A DNA stretch of 64,000 bases, taken from Verrucomicrobiota bacterium. GTDB lineage: Bacteria; Verrucomicrobiota; Verrucomicrobiia; Opitutales; Coraliomargaritaceae. The notes under the pieces are model-generated. The model saw only the letters and a program-made list of their open reading frames with translations, did no database searches and was not told the origin of the DNA. Location of the stretch: positions 32,001 through 96,000 of the forward strand of contig JBCBZJ010000005.1 in the NCBI GenBank assembly GCA_039815375.1, written 5' to 3'. The position numbers were made by a program, and so were the translations under genes. Position 1 is the stretch's first letter, and the number at the start of each line of letters is the position of its first letter. Below, in pieces: positions 32,517 through 42,614 of the stretch.

Positions 32517-34031
32517 ATGTTGAGCACAACTGAAATTCCAGAGATGACTGCCGATGAGGCAGCTGCACTGATTAACGACGGTGATACAATTGGATTCAGC
32601 GGTTTTACTCCTGCTGGTGCCGCTAAAGAAATCCCCAAGGCTATCGCCAAGAAGGCAAATGCCGAGCACCGGGCGGGTAAGTCTTTTAAAATCGGCGTGG
32701 TCACCGGCGCGTCGACTGGAGACAGTCTGGACGGGGAGCTGGCACGGGCAAACGCGGTGCTTTTCCGCACACCATACCAAAGCGACAAGTTCCTTCGCGC
32801 GCAGATCAATAAGGGCGAGACGCATTTCTTTGATATGCACCTTTCTATGCTCCCGCAGGCCGCGCGCTACGGATTTCTAGGTAACGTAAAATTCGCGGTT
32901 ATAGAAGCAGCCTCTGTCAGTGCTGATGGTGAGATCGTACTCAGCACCAGCGTCGGTGCGACGAACACATTTTGTAATGTAGCCGACAAAATTCTTATTG
33001 AGCTTAATGATCAACACCCGCCTGAATTGAATGGTTTGCACGACATTTACGAGCCGCTCGATCCACCGTATCGGAGGGAGATTCCCGTCTACAAGGCCAG
33101 CGAGCGCATTGGTTCTCCGGTGTTGAAAGTCGACCCTGCCAAGATCGCAGGTATTGTTAGAACCAGTGCGCAGGATGAAGTAGGTGTATTCAAGAAAACC
33201 GATCCTGTTACTCAGAAGATCGGAGAAAACGTGGCTGATTTCCTGGCTGAAGAGCTCAAGGCCGGGCGCATCCCGAAAGAGTTTTTGCCGATCCAATCCG
33301 GGGTCGGGAATATCGCCAATGCGGTGTTGGGTGCTCTTGGCTCCAACGATGCGATCCCTCCCTTTGAAATGTATTCCGAAGTGATTCAGGACAGTGTTGT
33401 TGACCTGATGAAGAGTGGCGACATCAAGTTTGGTAGTGCCACTTCTCTGACTCTTTCACCTCCGGTTCTCAAGCAAGTTTATGAAGACCTTGAGTTCTTC
33501 AAAGATCGCATCCTGCTGCGCCCGCAGGAGATCTCCAATCACCCGGAAATTGTGCGCCGCTTGGGTATCATTTCCATCAACACGGCGATCGAGGCCGACA
33601 TCTGGGGCAACATTAACTCCACTCATGTGATGGGCTGCAATCTCATGAACGGCATCGGCGGTTCGGGTGACTTCACCCGTAATGCCTACATTTCCATTTT
33701 CACTTGTCCATCCACCGCGAAGGGTGGGGCGATTAGCACTATTGTGCCGATGGTCGCTCACCTCGACCACAGTGAACATAGCGTGCAGGTCATTATTACC
33801 GAGCAAGGTATTGCCGACCTTCGTGGGAAGGACCCGATTGAACGTGCTCGAGAAATTGTCGATAACTGCGCCCATCCCGATTATCGTGGTCAGCTACATG
33901 ACTATTTTGGCGATGTGAAAGACGGTCATACTCCGCAAACGCTTCGCACTGCGTTCGCCATGCACGAAGCTTTCATGGAAAAGAAAGACATGCGTGGTGT
34001 CGACTGGAGTAGTAAATACAGTAGTTCGTAG
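32517..34031 (+). CDS. Succinate:propionate/acetate CoA-transferase (acetyl-CoA hydrolase family)
   Basis: SGFTPAG, DMHLS, QSGVGNIANAV, YSEVIQD, MNGIGGSGDFTRN. Confidence 0.92.
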   Translation: MLSTTEIPEMTADEAAALINDGDTIGFSGFTPAGAAKEIPKAIAKKANAEHRAGKSFKIGVVTGASTGDSLDGELARANAVLFRTPYQSDKFLRAQINKGETHFFDMHLSMLPQAARYGFLGNVKFAVIEAASVSADGEIVLSTSVGATNTFCNVADKILIELNDQHPPELNGLHDIYEPLDPPYRREIPVYKASERIGSPVLKVDPAKIAGIVRTSAQDEVGVFKKTDPVTQKIGENVADFLAEELKAGRIPKEFLPIQSGVGNIANAVLGALGSNDAIPPFEMYSEVIQDSVVDLMKSGDIKFGSATSLTLSPPVLKQVYEDLEFFKDRILLRPQEISNHPEIVRRLGIISINTAIEADIWGNINSTHVMGCNLMNGIGGSGDFTRNAYISIFTCPSTAKGGAISTIVPMVAHLDHSEHSVQVIITEQGIADLRGKDPIERAREIVDNCAHPDYRGQLHDYFGDVKDGHTPQTLRTAFAMHEAFMEKKDMRGVDWSSKYSSS

Positions 34032-34144
34032 ATCATTTATTTGAATCATAGACTAGCAAAGATTAGCCTTCTGTTAGATTGATCCGTGCGCATCAGCAGT
34101 ATGTTTTTTTCATTCTGAATTCATCTTCAAGGCCAAGATCAACT

Positions 34145-35110
34145 GTGCGCAACCTGCCTGATATCGACCAACTTGTTGAAGGCGTTCTTGCTGGTGACCG
34201 GGCCGTGCTAGCCAAAGCGATTACGCTCGTCGAGAGTCGAGCGACCAGGCATGTTCCGCTGGCGCGCGAGTTGATTAGAAGGATCCTTCCGCATAGCGGG
34301 GGCGCCCTACGTATCGGTCTTACTGGCACCCCTGGTGCAGGAAAAAGCACTTTTATCGAAGCGATGGGGCTCTATCTCTGTGGTCTTGGAAAGAAGATTG
34401 CCGTGCTCGCTGTTGATCCGAGCAGCTCAATAACGGGTGGTAGCATTCTTGGCGACAAAACCCGTATGGAAGAACTCTGCCGCGAGGAAAACGTCTTTAT
34501 ACGGCCTTCACCTTCGGGCGATTCGCTTGGCGGTGTCGCGGCACGAACCCGGGAAGCCTTGCTCGTCTGTGAAGCGGCAGGTTATGGTGTGATTCTGGTC
34601 GAGACTGTTGGTGTTGGTCAGAGTGAAACCGCAGTCCGCACAATGACCGATTTCTTTTTATTGCTGCAGATCTCCGGTGGTGGTGACGAGTTGCAGGGTA
34701 TTAAGAAGGGTGTGATCGAGCTTGCTGATGCCATCGTCGTCAACAAAGCCGATGGCGAGAACAGAGTCCGTGCCCGTCAGGCCTGCGTTCAGTTTACCCG
34801 TGTGATGCAGGTGCTGCAACCTTTCACCTCCGGATGGACACCAAAAGCCTTAACCTGTTCTGCGCTCGAAAGAGAAGGTATCGAAGAGATTTGGAATCTC
34901 ATTCTCCGGTTCCGTGATCAGCTGAACGAGAGCGGGGTGTTTGAACAACGTCGTCGCGCGCAGAGCATCGACTGGTTCCGCTCACTCTTGCATCAATCGG
35001 TCATCAACCGCTTCATAGCCGAAAACAAGGAGCGTATTCAAAATATGGAGACGGCTATAGAACGTATTGAGCTGCCGGTGAGTAGTGCATTGGACGAATT
35101 ATTGAAATGA
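34145..35110 (+). CDS. meaB: Methylmalonyl-CoA mutase-associated GTPase MeaB
   Basis: LAKAITLVES, GTPGAGKST, VDPSS, GDKTRM, ETVGVGQSE, NKAD; start uncertain. Confidence 0.95.
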   Translation: MRNLPDIDQLVEGVLAGDRAVLAKAITLVESRATRHVPLARELIRRILPHSGGALRIGLTGTPGAGKSTFIEAMGLYLCGLGKKIAVLAVDPSSSITGGSILGDKTRMEELCREENVFIRPSPSGDSLGGVAARTREALLVCEAAGYGVILVETVGVGQSETAVRTMTDFFLLLQISGGGDELQGIKKGVIELADAIVVNKADGENRVRARQACVQFTRVMQVLQPFTSGWTPKALTCSALEREGIEEIWNLILRFRDQLNESGVFEQRRRAQSIDWFRSLLHQSVINRFIAENKERIQNMETAIERIELPVSSALDELLK

Positions 35111-35674
35111 GCGCCTCGCGTTCGAATGGGTTTCGCGATCAATAATGGATCGGATCTCCTTGGCGAGTGGCAGCGCATCGGTGTATTGCTTCCCGTAATC
35201 GAGGTTGAAGGCGTAGTCGAATCCCTCCGGGTTTTTGCCCTGATTGTGTTGAATAAGTGTTTCGATTTTATCGAAGGCCTTGGCGATGCGAGCTTCTGTT
35301 GATTCGACATTTTCGTATTCGTCCCAGAGCGAGAGAAATTCCGTCTGCATTGTATCCGGTAATACATCTAAAAGAGATCTGAAATCGTTTCGCTCTTTAT
35401 CGGATTTAGGAGCTGTCGCGTCCTGTTCAGGAGCCGGTATATCGCCATCAATCGCCTCCCCGAGATCATGGAGAATACAGATCTTGAGCAGCTTCAGCAG
35501 GTCGATGCCTTCCAGCGCATCGGAAAAGACAAGAATCAATAGCGTCAGGCGCCAGGTGTGCTCCGCTACACTCTCTGGTCGGCCTTCAGTGGTGTGTGCA
35601 CTACGAAGTGTATCTTTAAGGCGTTCAGCGCTTTGTATGAACTTCAGGCGTCTCAGATATTCGATTTCTTCCAT
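35099..35674 (-). CDS. HD domain phosphohydrolase (YfbR/HDDC2-like)
   Basis: ESVAEHTWRL, LHDLGEAIDGD, LWDEYE, AFDKIE. Confidence 0.92.
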   Translation of the reverse strand: MEEIEYLRRLKFIQSAERLKDTLRSAHTTEGRPESVAEHTWRLTLLILVFSDALEGIDLLKLLKICILHDLGEAIDGDIPAPEQDATAPKSDKERNDFRSLLDVLPDTMQTEFLSLWDEYENVESTEARIAKAFDKIETLIQHNQGKNPEGFDYAFNLDYGKQYTDALPLAKEIRSIIDRETHSNARRSFQ

Positions 35675-35755
35675 TCTGTAAGGTATTGGCTGGCAGGTTT
35701 TGAAACGACTTGTGGTGCAGAACGAATCCTGCGTTCTCTCTTCTCACGCGTCATG

Positions 35756-37384
35756 CTACTGGGCTTTGGTTTTGGTGTGGTTCTTATTTGGCATTGGGCC
35801 GGCCATGGGAGGTGTTTCGAAGAAGCGCCCATCATCTATCAAACGCGGGTCTTCGGTCTCGGCGAGCTCGGTCATCAATTGTTTTCGGAGCGCTGTCACA
35901 ACCGACGCGTATGCCGGATCGGCGGCGAGATTTTCCATTTGGTCCGGATCTTTATTAAGGTCGAAGAGTTCTTCGCGAGGGCGTTTACCATAGGCGTTTT
36001 CAAAGAAGGGTTTCACTGCGGTATCATTTCGATTACTCACGATCCAGGCTTTAGTTGGACCGGCGTCCTCGTCCGGTAGCGTGACGAAGGTATTCATGGT
36101 CAGTTGCTCAACACTTGGCTCAGGTCCCGACTCCAGCCCATATGGATCGCCAAGGGGAAAACGGTCAGGTTTGAAGTTGATAACAAATAGGTAGTCCTTG
36201 GTCCTGATGGCTCTTTGGGGATAGGGTAGCATTCCAGCGCGTGCTTTTGCTACGTGCCGTTCTCGGCCTAAGAAAACGCTAGTTCGTTTCTTGTCGACCA
36301 AGCCGCTCTCTTCCGACTCCAAGGTCGGCCAGATCGATTGGCTGGTCATCACCTCAGGAGGGTCGACTTTTCCAGCTTGAAGAAAGGTTGCGGCAAGATC
36401 CGGTAAAGAAACAAAATCATCGACAATACGGCCACCTTGGACTCCGGGCCCTTTGATCGCGAGCGATACCCGTGTGCCGAAATCATAGAGATTACACTTT
36501 CCGTGAGGAAAACCTGCAGGTCCGTGGTCGCCTGAGATCGCGATCAGTGTATTTTTGTATTCGCCGGTTCGTTTCAGTTCCTCAACGAGAATGCCGAGTG
36601 CCATGTCGAAGGCCATTGCTTCGCCCAGATAATCGGCTAAATCCTGCCTTATTTCGTGAACATCAGGGAGAAAGGCAGGCATCTTGCCTTCGAGCTCGTC
36701 GGGATCAATTTTCCAGAGTGCCTTTCCCGAACCTCTAGTCCACTTCCTATGAACGTTTGTGGGACCAAACCAATAGGCAAAGGGTTGACTGTCTTTACGG
36801 GCTGCGAGCATGCCGCGGAAGTTTCGGCGAATTTCTTCCCCCATTACTTCTTTGGCTTCAGCAAGAGACATGTCTTCTGCTATCAACCTTGTGACCGACT
36901 GTGAGAAGTTGTTGTATCTTCTTCCGCCCTTAACGTGAGCATGTTTCGACGGATAGAAAGGTGCGTTAATAGGACGGCCTGGCCCCCAAACTTTCCATGT
37001 GTAGGCGATGTGGTATCCATTCTTTTCAAGCAGAATAGGCCAAGACTGAAGCGAATCATCCCAAACTGCACCTTGGAGAATTGATGCTGTTCCGGTGCGC
37101 CAGAAATGCTGACCGGTGAGGATGGAGCTGCGGCAAGGTGTGCAGGAAGGAGCGTTTACGAAGGCGTTCGTGAAGAGAACTCCTTCGGCTGCGAGTGCGT
37201 CAAAATTCGGCGTTCGGATCGCGTCATTGATGGTTCCCGATCCGTCAAGCTTGGCGTAGATTGACGCATGCCGCCCCCAGTCATCAGCGAAGGCAAAAAG
37301 GATATTCGGGCGCTCCTGAGTCCATCCGATTGAAGCAGCGAGCGATGTAAAGAGGATAAGTAATTTGTGAAGGAAACGGCACAT
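35756..37384 (-). CDS. Formylglycine-dependent sulfatase (secreted)
   Basis: RPNILFAFADD, CTPCRSSILTG (CxPxR), GDHG, GKCNLY, EELFDLNKDP. Confidence 0.95.
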   Translation of the reverse strand: MCRFLHKLLILFTSLAASIGWTQERPNILFAFADDWGRHASIYAKLDGSGTINDAIRTPNFDALAAEGVLFTNAFVNAPSCTPCRSSILTGQHFWRTGTASILQGAVWDDSLQSWPILLEKNGYHIAYTWKVWGPGRPINAPFYPSKHAHVKGGRRYNNFSQSVTRLIAEDMSLAEAKEVMGEEIRRNFRGMLAARKDSQPFAYWFGPTNVHRKWTRGSGKALWKIDPDELEGKMPAFLPDVHEIRQDLADYLGEAMAFDMALGILVEELKRTGEYKNTLIAISGDHGPAGFPHGKCNLYDFGTRVSLAIKGPGVQGGRIVDDFVSLPDLAATFLQAGKVDPPEVMTSQSIWPTLESEESGLVDKKRTSVFLGRERHVAKARAGMLPYPQRAIRTKDYLFVINFKPDRFPLGDPYGLESGPEPSVEQLTMNTFVTLPDEDAGPTKAWIVSNRNDTAVKPFFENAYGKRPREELFDLNKDPDQMENLAADPAYASVVTALRKQLMTELAETEDPRLIDDGRFFETPPMAGPMPNKNHTKTKAQ

Positions 37385-37408
37385 GTGGAACGCTCCGCTT
37401 ACTCTCTT

Positions 37409-38005
37409 TCAGCTAAGCGCTATTTTGATTAGCGCTTCAGTTGTGGCTTCTCCGCCGAGTTGATTGGTGGCCTTTCGGACGAGCTTATCAGCGTCGGCAG
37501 GCTTGTAGCCAAGGATCATGAGACTGCTGACGGCATCCTGAAAGGCGCTGGGCTCCGTTGAGGAAGACGCATTGCTTGCAACAGCTTCGCTTGAAGTCGG
37601 CAAGCCAACCTTATCCTTAAGCTCAATGACAAGTCGCTCCGCGGTTTTCTTGCCGATGCCTGGGCACTTTGCGAGTAGGGCGACATCGGAACCGGCGATA
37701 GCGCTGCGAAGCAGTTCGGGTGACATGCGGCTTAGCATACTGATCGCGATCTTAGGGCCGATGCCGGATACTTTTTCGACTAGCAGTCGAAAGAAATCGC
37801 GGTCGTCGCGAGTGGCAAAGCCATAGAGTGTAGCGTTGTCCTCACGGTAGACTGCGTGGATAAAAAGACGACACTCCTGACCAGTCTGTGGGATCTTTTC
37901 GGCAGTCGTGATAGGGATGTTGACCTCGTAGCCAACGCCGCCTGCTTCAATCACGACTTGTAGCGGAGTGCTTTCGAGAACGGTGCCTTTTAGACGGGAA
38001 ATCAT
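37409..38005 (-). CDS. ruvA: Holliday junction branch migration protein RuvA
   Basis: GGVGYEV, LYGF, VSGIGPK, PGIGKKTAERLVIELKDK. Confidence 0.97.
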   Translation of the reverse strand: MISRLKGTVLESTPLQVVIEAGGVGYEVNIPITTAEKIPQTGQECRLFIHAVYREDNATLYGFATRDDRDFFRLLVEKVSGIGPKIAISMLSRMSPELLRSAIAGSDVALLAKCPGIGKKTAERLVIELKDKVGLPTSSEAVASNASSSTEPSAFQDAVSSLMILGYKPADADKLVRKATNQLGGEATTEALIKIALS

Positions 38006-38086
38006 GTGTTGGAAGCATTCATGAATCACAGATTACACGGATCTATCCATGCATGTTTTACTCTGTGTTTATCTTTGGTTGATTAT

Positions 38087-38824
38087 TTAGTTGGTGAGTC
38101 CGAGCACGTCTTCCATATTGTAAATAGCAGGCACTTTGCCAACAGCCCAGTGGGCGGCGCGGACGGCACCTTGGGCAAAAATCTTTCGGTCTGTCGCCTT
38201 GTGGGTGAGCTCAATGCGTTCGCCGTCGCCAATGAAATAGACGGTGTGTTCGCCGACGATATCGCCGCCGCGGATGGCATGGACGCCGATCTCTTTCTCC
38301 GGACGTGCGCCGATCAGGCCTTCGCGGCCGTGAATGACATTTTCGTCGGTATAGGCGTAGGCATCTTTCAGGATTTGAATGAGTCGCTCGGCCGTGCCGC
38401 TCGGTGCATCTTTCTTGTGACGGTGATGCATTTCCATTACCTCAGGCTCATACTTATCGCTGAGGATTCCGGCAGCCTTACGGGTCAGGTAATTCAAGGT
38501 ATTGACGCCGACCGAGTAGTTGCCTGCCCAGACAACAGGAATCTTTCCCTCAACGGCAGTGAGAATTGCACTGCGTTCTTGCGGTGTGTGGCCCGTAGTC
38601 CCGATGACGAGGGGTAGGTTGTTCTCGGCGGCAAGCGCAGCGATTCCGGCCGTTGCTTCGTGGAAGCTGAAGTCGATAACCGCTTCACATTCGACAATCG
38701 CTGCAGACGCGTCGTCGCCCGCATCGCAGGCAGCAGCAATGACAGCATCGTTGGCTTCGGCGTGGTCGGCAATGGCGATGCCCATACGACCTCTGGACCC
38801 GTTGAGTAGTATTTTGAGCGGCAT
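38087..38824 (-). CDS. dapB: 4-hydroxy-tetrahydrodipicolinate reductase
   Basis: GSRGRMG, IGTTG, EMHHRHKKDAPSGTA, RGGDIVGEH. Confidence 0.97.
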   Translation of the reverse strand: MPLKILLNGSRGRMGIAIADHAEANDAVIAAACDAGDDASAAIVECEAVIDFSFHEATAGIAALAAENNLPLVIGTTGHTPQERSAILTAVEGKIPVVWAGNYSVGVNTLNYLTRKAAGILSDKYEPEVMEMHHRHKKDAPSGTAERLIQILKDAYAYTDENVIHGREGLIGARPEKEIGVHAIRGGDIVGEHTVYFIGDGERIELTHKATDRKIFAQGAVRAAHWAVGKVPAIYNMEDVLGLTN

Positions 38825-38826
38825 AG

Positions 38827-39717
38827 TTAGACGAGGCTGAGTTCAGCCATAAGCGCGTCGAGTATGGCGCGTGTCTCCGGCGTGAGTTGAGCGAGAGGGA
38901 GGCGGACTTCGTCGGATACGATGACACCGGCTTTTTGCAGGCAATACTTGATCGGCACAGGATTAGGCTCGAGGAAGATGGCCTTGAAGAAAGGATAATA
39001 TCTAAGGAAAGCTTCGCGTGCTGCGGCAAAGTCGTTGCGATTGGCTGCGGCAACGAGCTCAACCAGCGGGCCAACGATGAGATTGGATGCAACGCTGATG
39101 ACCCCAGTGGCACCCGCAGACATAAATGGCAGAATGAGTCCGTCGTCGCCGCTCATGACAGCGTAGTCGGGCCCAAGAGCGCGCACGTATTCGATGACTT
39201 TTGCACTCGAGCCCTCAGCCGCCTTCATGCAGCAAACATGTGGATACTTCTCATAGAGGCGGGCAGTCACGTCGACCGAGATCTCAATGCCGCATCGGGA
39301 AGGGATCGAGTAGAGGACGATTGGTTTTTCCGTGACTTCCGCAACGGCGCTAAAGTGCTGAAAAAGTCCTTCCTGGTTCGGCTTGTTATAATAAGGAGCA
39401 ACCACGAGAAATCCGTCCGCACCGGCCGCCTCGGCTTGCTTTGTCAGCTCAACAGCTTCGACGGTTGAGTTTGAACCTGTGCCTGCGATGACAGGGACTA
39501 CGCCGTTGGCTGCGTCTACAGTGGCGCGGACGACTTCGATATGCTCCTGATGATTCAGCGTCGGCGATTCACCTGTCGTGCCCATTGAGACGAGGCCGTT
39601 GATACCGTCTTTTATTTGATTCGTCACGAGCGACTCCAGTCCTTGGAAATCGACTCCTCCGTCGCGCATCGGTGTCGCGAGGGCGGTGAAAACGCCGGAA
39701 AATTGGTTTGAGTTCAT
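38827..39717 (-). CDS. dapA: 4-hydroxy-tetrahydrodipicolinate synthase
   Basis: GTTGESPTL, GTGSNST, PYYNKP, SGDD, PNPVPIK. Confidence 0.97.
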   Translation of the reverse strand: MNSNQFSGVFTALATPMRDGGVDFQGLESLVTNQIKDGINGLVSMGTTGESPTLNHQEHIEVVRATVDAANGVVPVIAGTGSNSTVEAVELTKQAEAAGADGFLVVAPYYNKPNQEGLFQHFSAVAEVTEKPIVLYSIPSRCGIEISVDVTARLYEKYPHVCCMKAAEGSSAKVIEYVRALGPDYAVMSGDDGLILPFMSAGATGVISVASNLIVGPLVELVAAANRNDFAAAREAFLRYYPFFKAIFLEPNPVPIKYCLQKAGVIVSDEVRLPLAQLTPETRAILDALMAELSLV

Positions 39718-39828
39718 GTTATCTTCAAAAAAGGATGTAAAAACAGGTGCAGATACGATTTCTCCCTAGCAGGTCCATAAGGTTCTGACTATTCAACAGA
39801 AAAATTTTTTCATCAATTACCACCTTTT

Positions 39829-40929
39829 ATGGCAGTCCTTGAAACAATACATGGTCTTCTGACTCTTGCGGTTGAGAATGGAGCCAGTGATATTCATATC
39901 AAATCGAACAAGCCGGCCTTCCTTCGATTAAGCGGACGCCTTGAGCCTGTCGAGATGGAGCCGATATCGCCGGAGGATGTGCAGGAGTTTATTGAGCAGA
40001 GTGTTCCTGAGCAGTTTTTTGAGGAATGGCAAAATAACCGGCAGGTCGACTATTCCTATCGGGTCGAGAATATTGGCCGTTTTCGTGTAAACGGATTCCT
40101 CCAACGTGGTATTCCAAGTGTGGTGATGCGCCATGTTAATGACCATCCACCTACTTTTGAGGACTTGAATATTGACGGGGGAACGTTGACGAATCTTTGT
40201 CGGGAGAAGGACGGTATCGTCCTTCTCTGCGGTGCTACGGGTTCTGGTAAGAGTTCTACGCTTGCTGCGATGATCAATCACATCAATCGGAACTACGATA
40301 AGCATATTGTTACGCTCGAGGATCCGATTGAGTTTACCTATACAGATGCGCAATCGATCATCAATCAACGCGAGGTCGGCATCGACTGTCCGGATTTTGC
40401 ATCCGGCATGAAAGCAGTGCTCCGCCAAGATCCCGATGTTATTCTGGTCGGTGAGATGCGGGACAAGCACACGTTCGAAACCGCACTACAAGCTTCCGAA
40501 ACGGGCCACCTTGTTTTTGGCACACTCCACGCCTCAAATGCGCAGCAGGCGATCCAGCGCCTTTTTGAATTTTTCCCGGAAGAACGCCGCGTCGCGCTTC
40601 AGAGGCAGATTGCGTCCGCCCTTTGCGCCACAATTACGCAGAAGTTATTGCCTGCTCTGGAGGGGGGAGGGCGTTATCCCGTTTCGGAATCATTCATTCT
40701 CGATTCCCTCGCACGTAAGACGATTATGGAGGGTAACTTTGAGAAAATTGAGGCTGTTATCGAAGCGAATGAAGACAATGGTTCGAAGACTTTTAATCAG
40801 GATCTGTATCGCTTGGTTAAAGCTGGTTTAATTACTCGTGACGATGCTCTTAGCAATTCGCCAAACCCGCGTCAGTTGGAAATGAACCTCAAGGGGATCT
40901 TTCTCAGCAGCGGTGGCATTGTGAACTAA
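39829..40929 (+). CDS. PilT/PilU-family ATPase (PilU-like)
   Basis: ASDIHI, GATGSGKSS, EDPIEF, QREVG, RQDPDVILVGEMRD, ETGHLVFGTLH. Confidence 0.9.
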   Translation: MAVLETIHGLLTLAVENGASDIHIKSNKPAFLRLSGRLEPVEMEPISPEDVQEFIEQSVPEQFFEEWQNNRQVDYSYRVENIGRFRVNGFLQRGIPSVVMRHVNDHPPTFEDLNIDGGTLTNLCREKDGIVLLCGATGSGKSSTLAAMINHINRNYDKHIVTLEDPIEFTYTDAQSIINQREVGIDCPDFASGMKAVLRQDPDVILVGEMRDKHTFETALQASETGHLVFGTLHASNAQQAIQRLFEFFPEERRVALQRQIASALCATITQKLLPALEGGGRYPVSESFILDSLARKTIMEGNFEKIEAVIEANEDNGSKTFNQDLYRLVKAGLITRDDALSNSPNPRQLEMNLKGIFLSSGGIVN

Positions 40930-41810
40930 GCTTCCAGCACTTGCTCCAAACGCTGGATGAGTTCGCCTCGCAGAGGCATCGCTTCATCGCTTAGAATACG
41001 TTGGCGCTCTTCGTATATCTTTCGGCCGGCTGCGGTTTCGATTTGTACAGCCTCATAGCCGAGCGAGCGGCAATCGTAGGGACTGGCCTGCATGTCGAGC
41101 TGACGGGCGCGAACTGCCAACTCAAAGCACTGCCATAGCAATTCCGATCCGATCCAAGGCATGCATTGTCCGGATAGCTTATACAGGTCCATATTGGTGT
41201 GGAGGCAGCCGCACTGCTCGTTACTGATCCGTTCTGATTTAGTTGGCTGAATGCGGTTCATTGGCTGGGCACCTCGGCTGAAGAACCTAAAGGCGTCGAA
41301 GTGGCTGCAACTGATCGGTCGGCTGCGCACAAAAGCATCGATTTCCTCTTGAGAAAGACGAAGTGGTAAATTCTCGGCATGCCGTATCTCTCCACCAGTA
41401 TCTCCACGATAGACCATGGCCCATTCATGGACCCCAAAACAACCGTATTGTGGGGGACGACTGGCAATAGAGCGAGAAAGACGGAGTGCCATTTTCAAGC
41501 GGTGCTTCGTTGCCTGTTCCATCTGGTTAATATCCAAAGAACGGATCCGACCTGTTGTGGTGTAGTATCGCGATTGATAGCTGGGTTCCTCGTCGGCGTC
41601 CTCTAGTTCGCAGTCGAAACCAGGGTGCCAGCTTTCGAGCTGCGAGGCTTTCACCCGGTAGTATATGAAAAGAAAGTCAAGGATCGGATGAAGCGATCTA
41701 TTCGCCCTCCTTTCTCTGAAAGGTTCGGTCCATTCCTGCGCTCGTTTCAAGTGGCGAGCAGTTCGTTCTTGCCAGACATTTTTCTGCAAAGTTGTGACTG
41801 CTTCTAGCAT
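40926..41810 (-). CDS. Conserved protein often annotated '3-methyladenine DNA glycosylase' (function uncertain)
   Basis: HPILDFLFIYY, GCFGVHEWAMVY, CSHFDAFRFF, EQCGCLHTNMDLYK, DMQASPYD. Confidence 0.75.
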   Translation of the reverse strand: MLEAVTTLQKNVWQERTARHLKRAQEWTEPFRERRANRSLHPILDFLFIYYRVKASQLESWHPGFDCELEDADEEPSYQSRYYTTTGRIRSLDINQMEQATKHRLKMALRLSRSIASRPPQYGCFGVHEWAMVYRGDTGGEIRHAENLPLRLSQEEIDAFVRSRPISCSHFDAFRFFSRGAQPMNRIQPTKSERISNEQCGCLHTNMDLYKLSGQCMPWIGSELLWQCFELAVRARQLDMQASPYDCRSLGYEAVQIETAAGRKIYEERQRILSDEAMPLRGELIQRLEQVLEA

Positions 41811-42222
41811 CTTTGATTTAACTATGAATCGTTGATTATGAGATCGAATTCTTTTGTTTGGTAAGCGCCAACGTTTCTCCTTCAGCAAGTCAGTAAGAAA
41901 ATTAGGTTGGTCTGTTATTTAAGTAATATTACGTATTAATATACGAAAAAAAGTTTATTGAGTTCAAATTAAGAAACCAGATGTGAAAACATAAGGAGGG
42001 TATTTTCTTCATTTTTCATTACGTATTATAAGGGTATTTTTTCAGGCCTTATACTCATTTTTCCTCTATATTTGCTACTTTGACCCTATTAGTATAGCGG
42101 TCGGTTTAAGAAAGTGTAAAAAAACCACCGCTGGTGCATTGCGTCTTTACGCATATATGGCTTGCAAGGCATAAAGTAAGGCGTGAAGGGCTAAATCGGT
42201 TCTCTCACAAAACCCCTTACAC

Positions 42223-42570
42223 ATGACAAAATATCTGACATTGCTCAGCTCGAAATCTCAAAAGGATGAAGTTGTTGAGACGGAGCTACCGAAGCTTAAT
42301 TTGTTTAAGACGGTAGAAAGGTTAGAGCGTATGCGTTTCGTTCAATCCGCTTCCGGTTTGACTCGATTGTTGAGTTTTACCCCTTTGAAGTTTAGACAAC
42401 TCTGTCTCCCCGCACTGCTTGTTTTTAGTGAACTGAAAAGTGAATCGGTTCAGCTCTCTAAAACATTAGGCGCTTCGTGCTTTAAATGGTTGCCTCTGCC
42501 ACAGCTTAAATGGAGCGCAGTCTCACCGGCCATACCGGTTCCACTAGACGGTTTCAATGGCTCCGGTTGA
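42223..42570 (+). CDS. Hypothetical protein (first ORF of the kinase-ParA cluster)
   Basis: 115-aa ATG ORF filling the gap ahead of the kinase; no recognised motif. Confidence 0.45.
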   Translation: MTKYLTLLSSKSQKDEVVETELPKLNLFKTVERLERMRFVQSASGLTRLLSFTPLKFRQLCLPALLVFSELKSESVQLSKTLGASCFKWLPLPQLKWSAVSPAIPVPLDGFNGSG

Positions 42571-42614
42571 GCCCAAATAACGCATCGAGCTTCAAGTATT
42601 AACCCCAAACTTAA

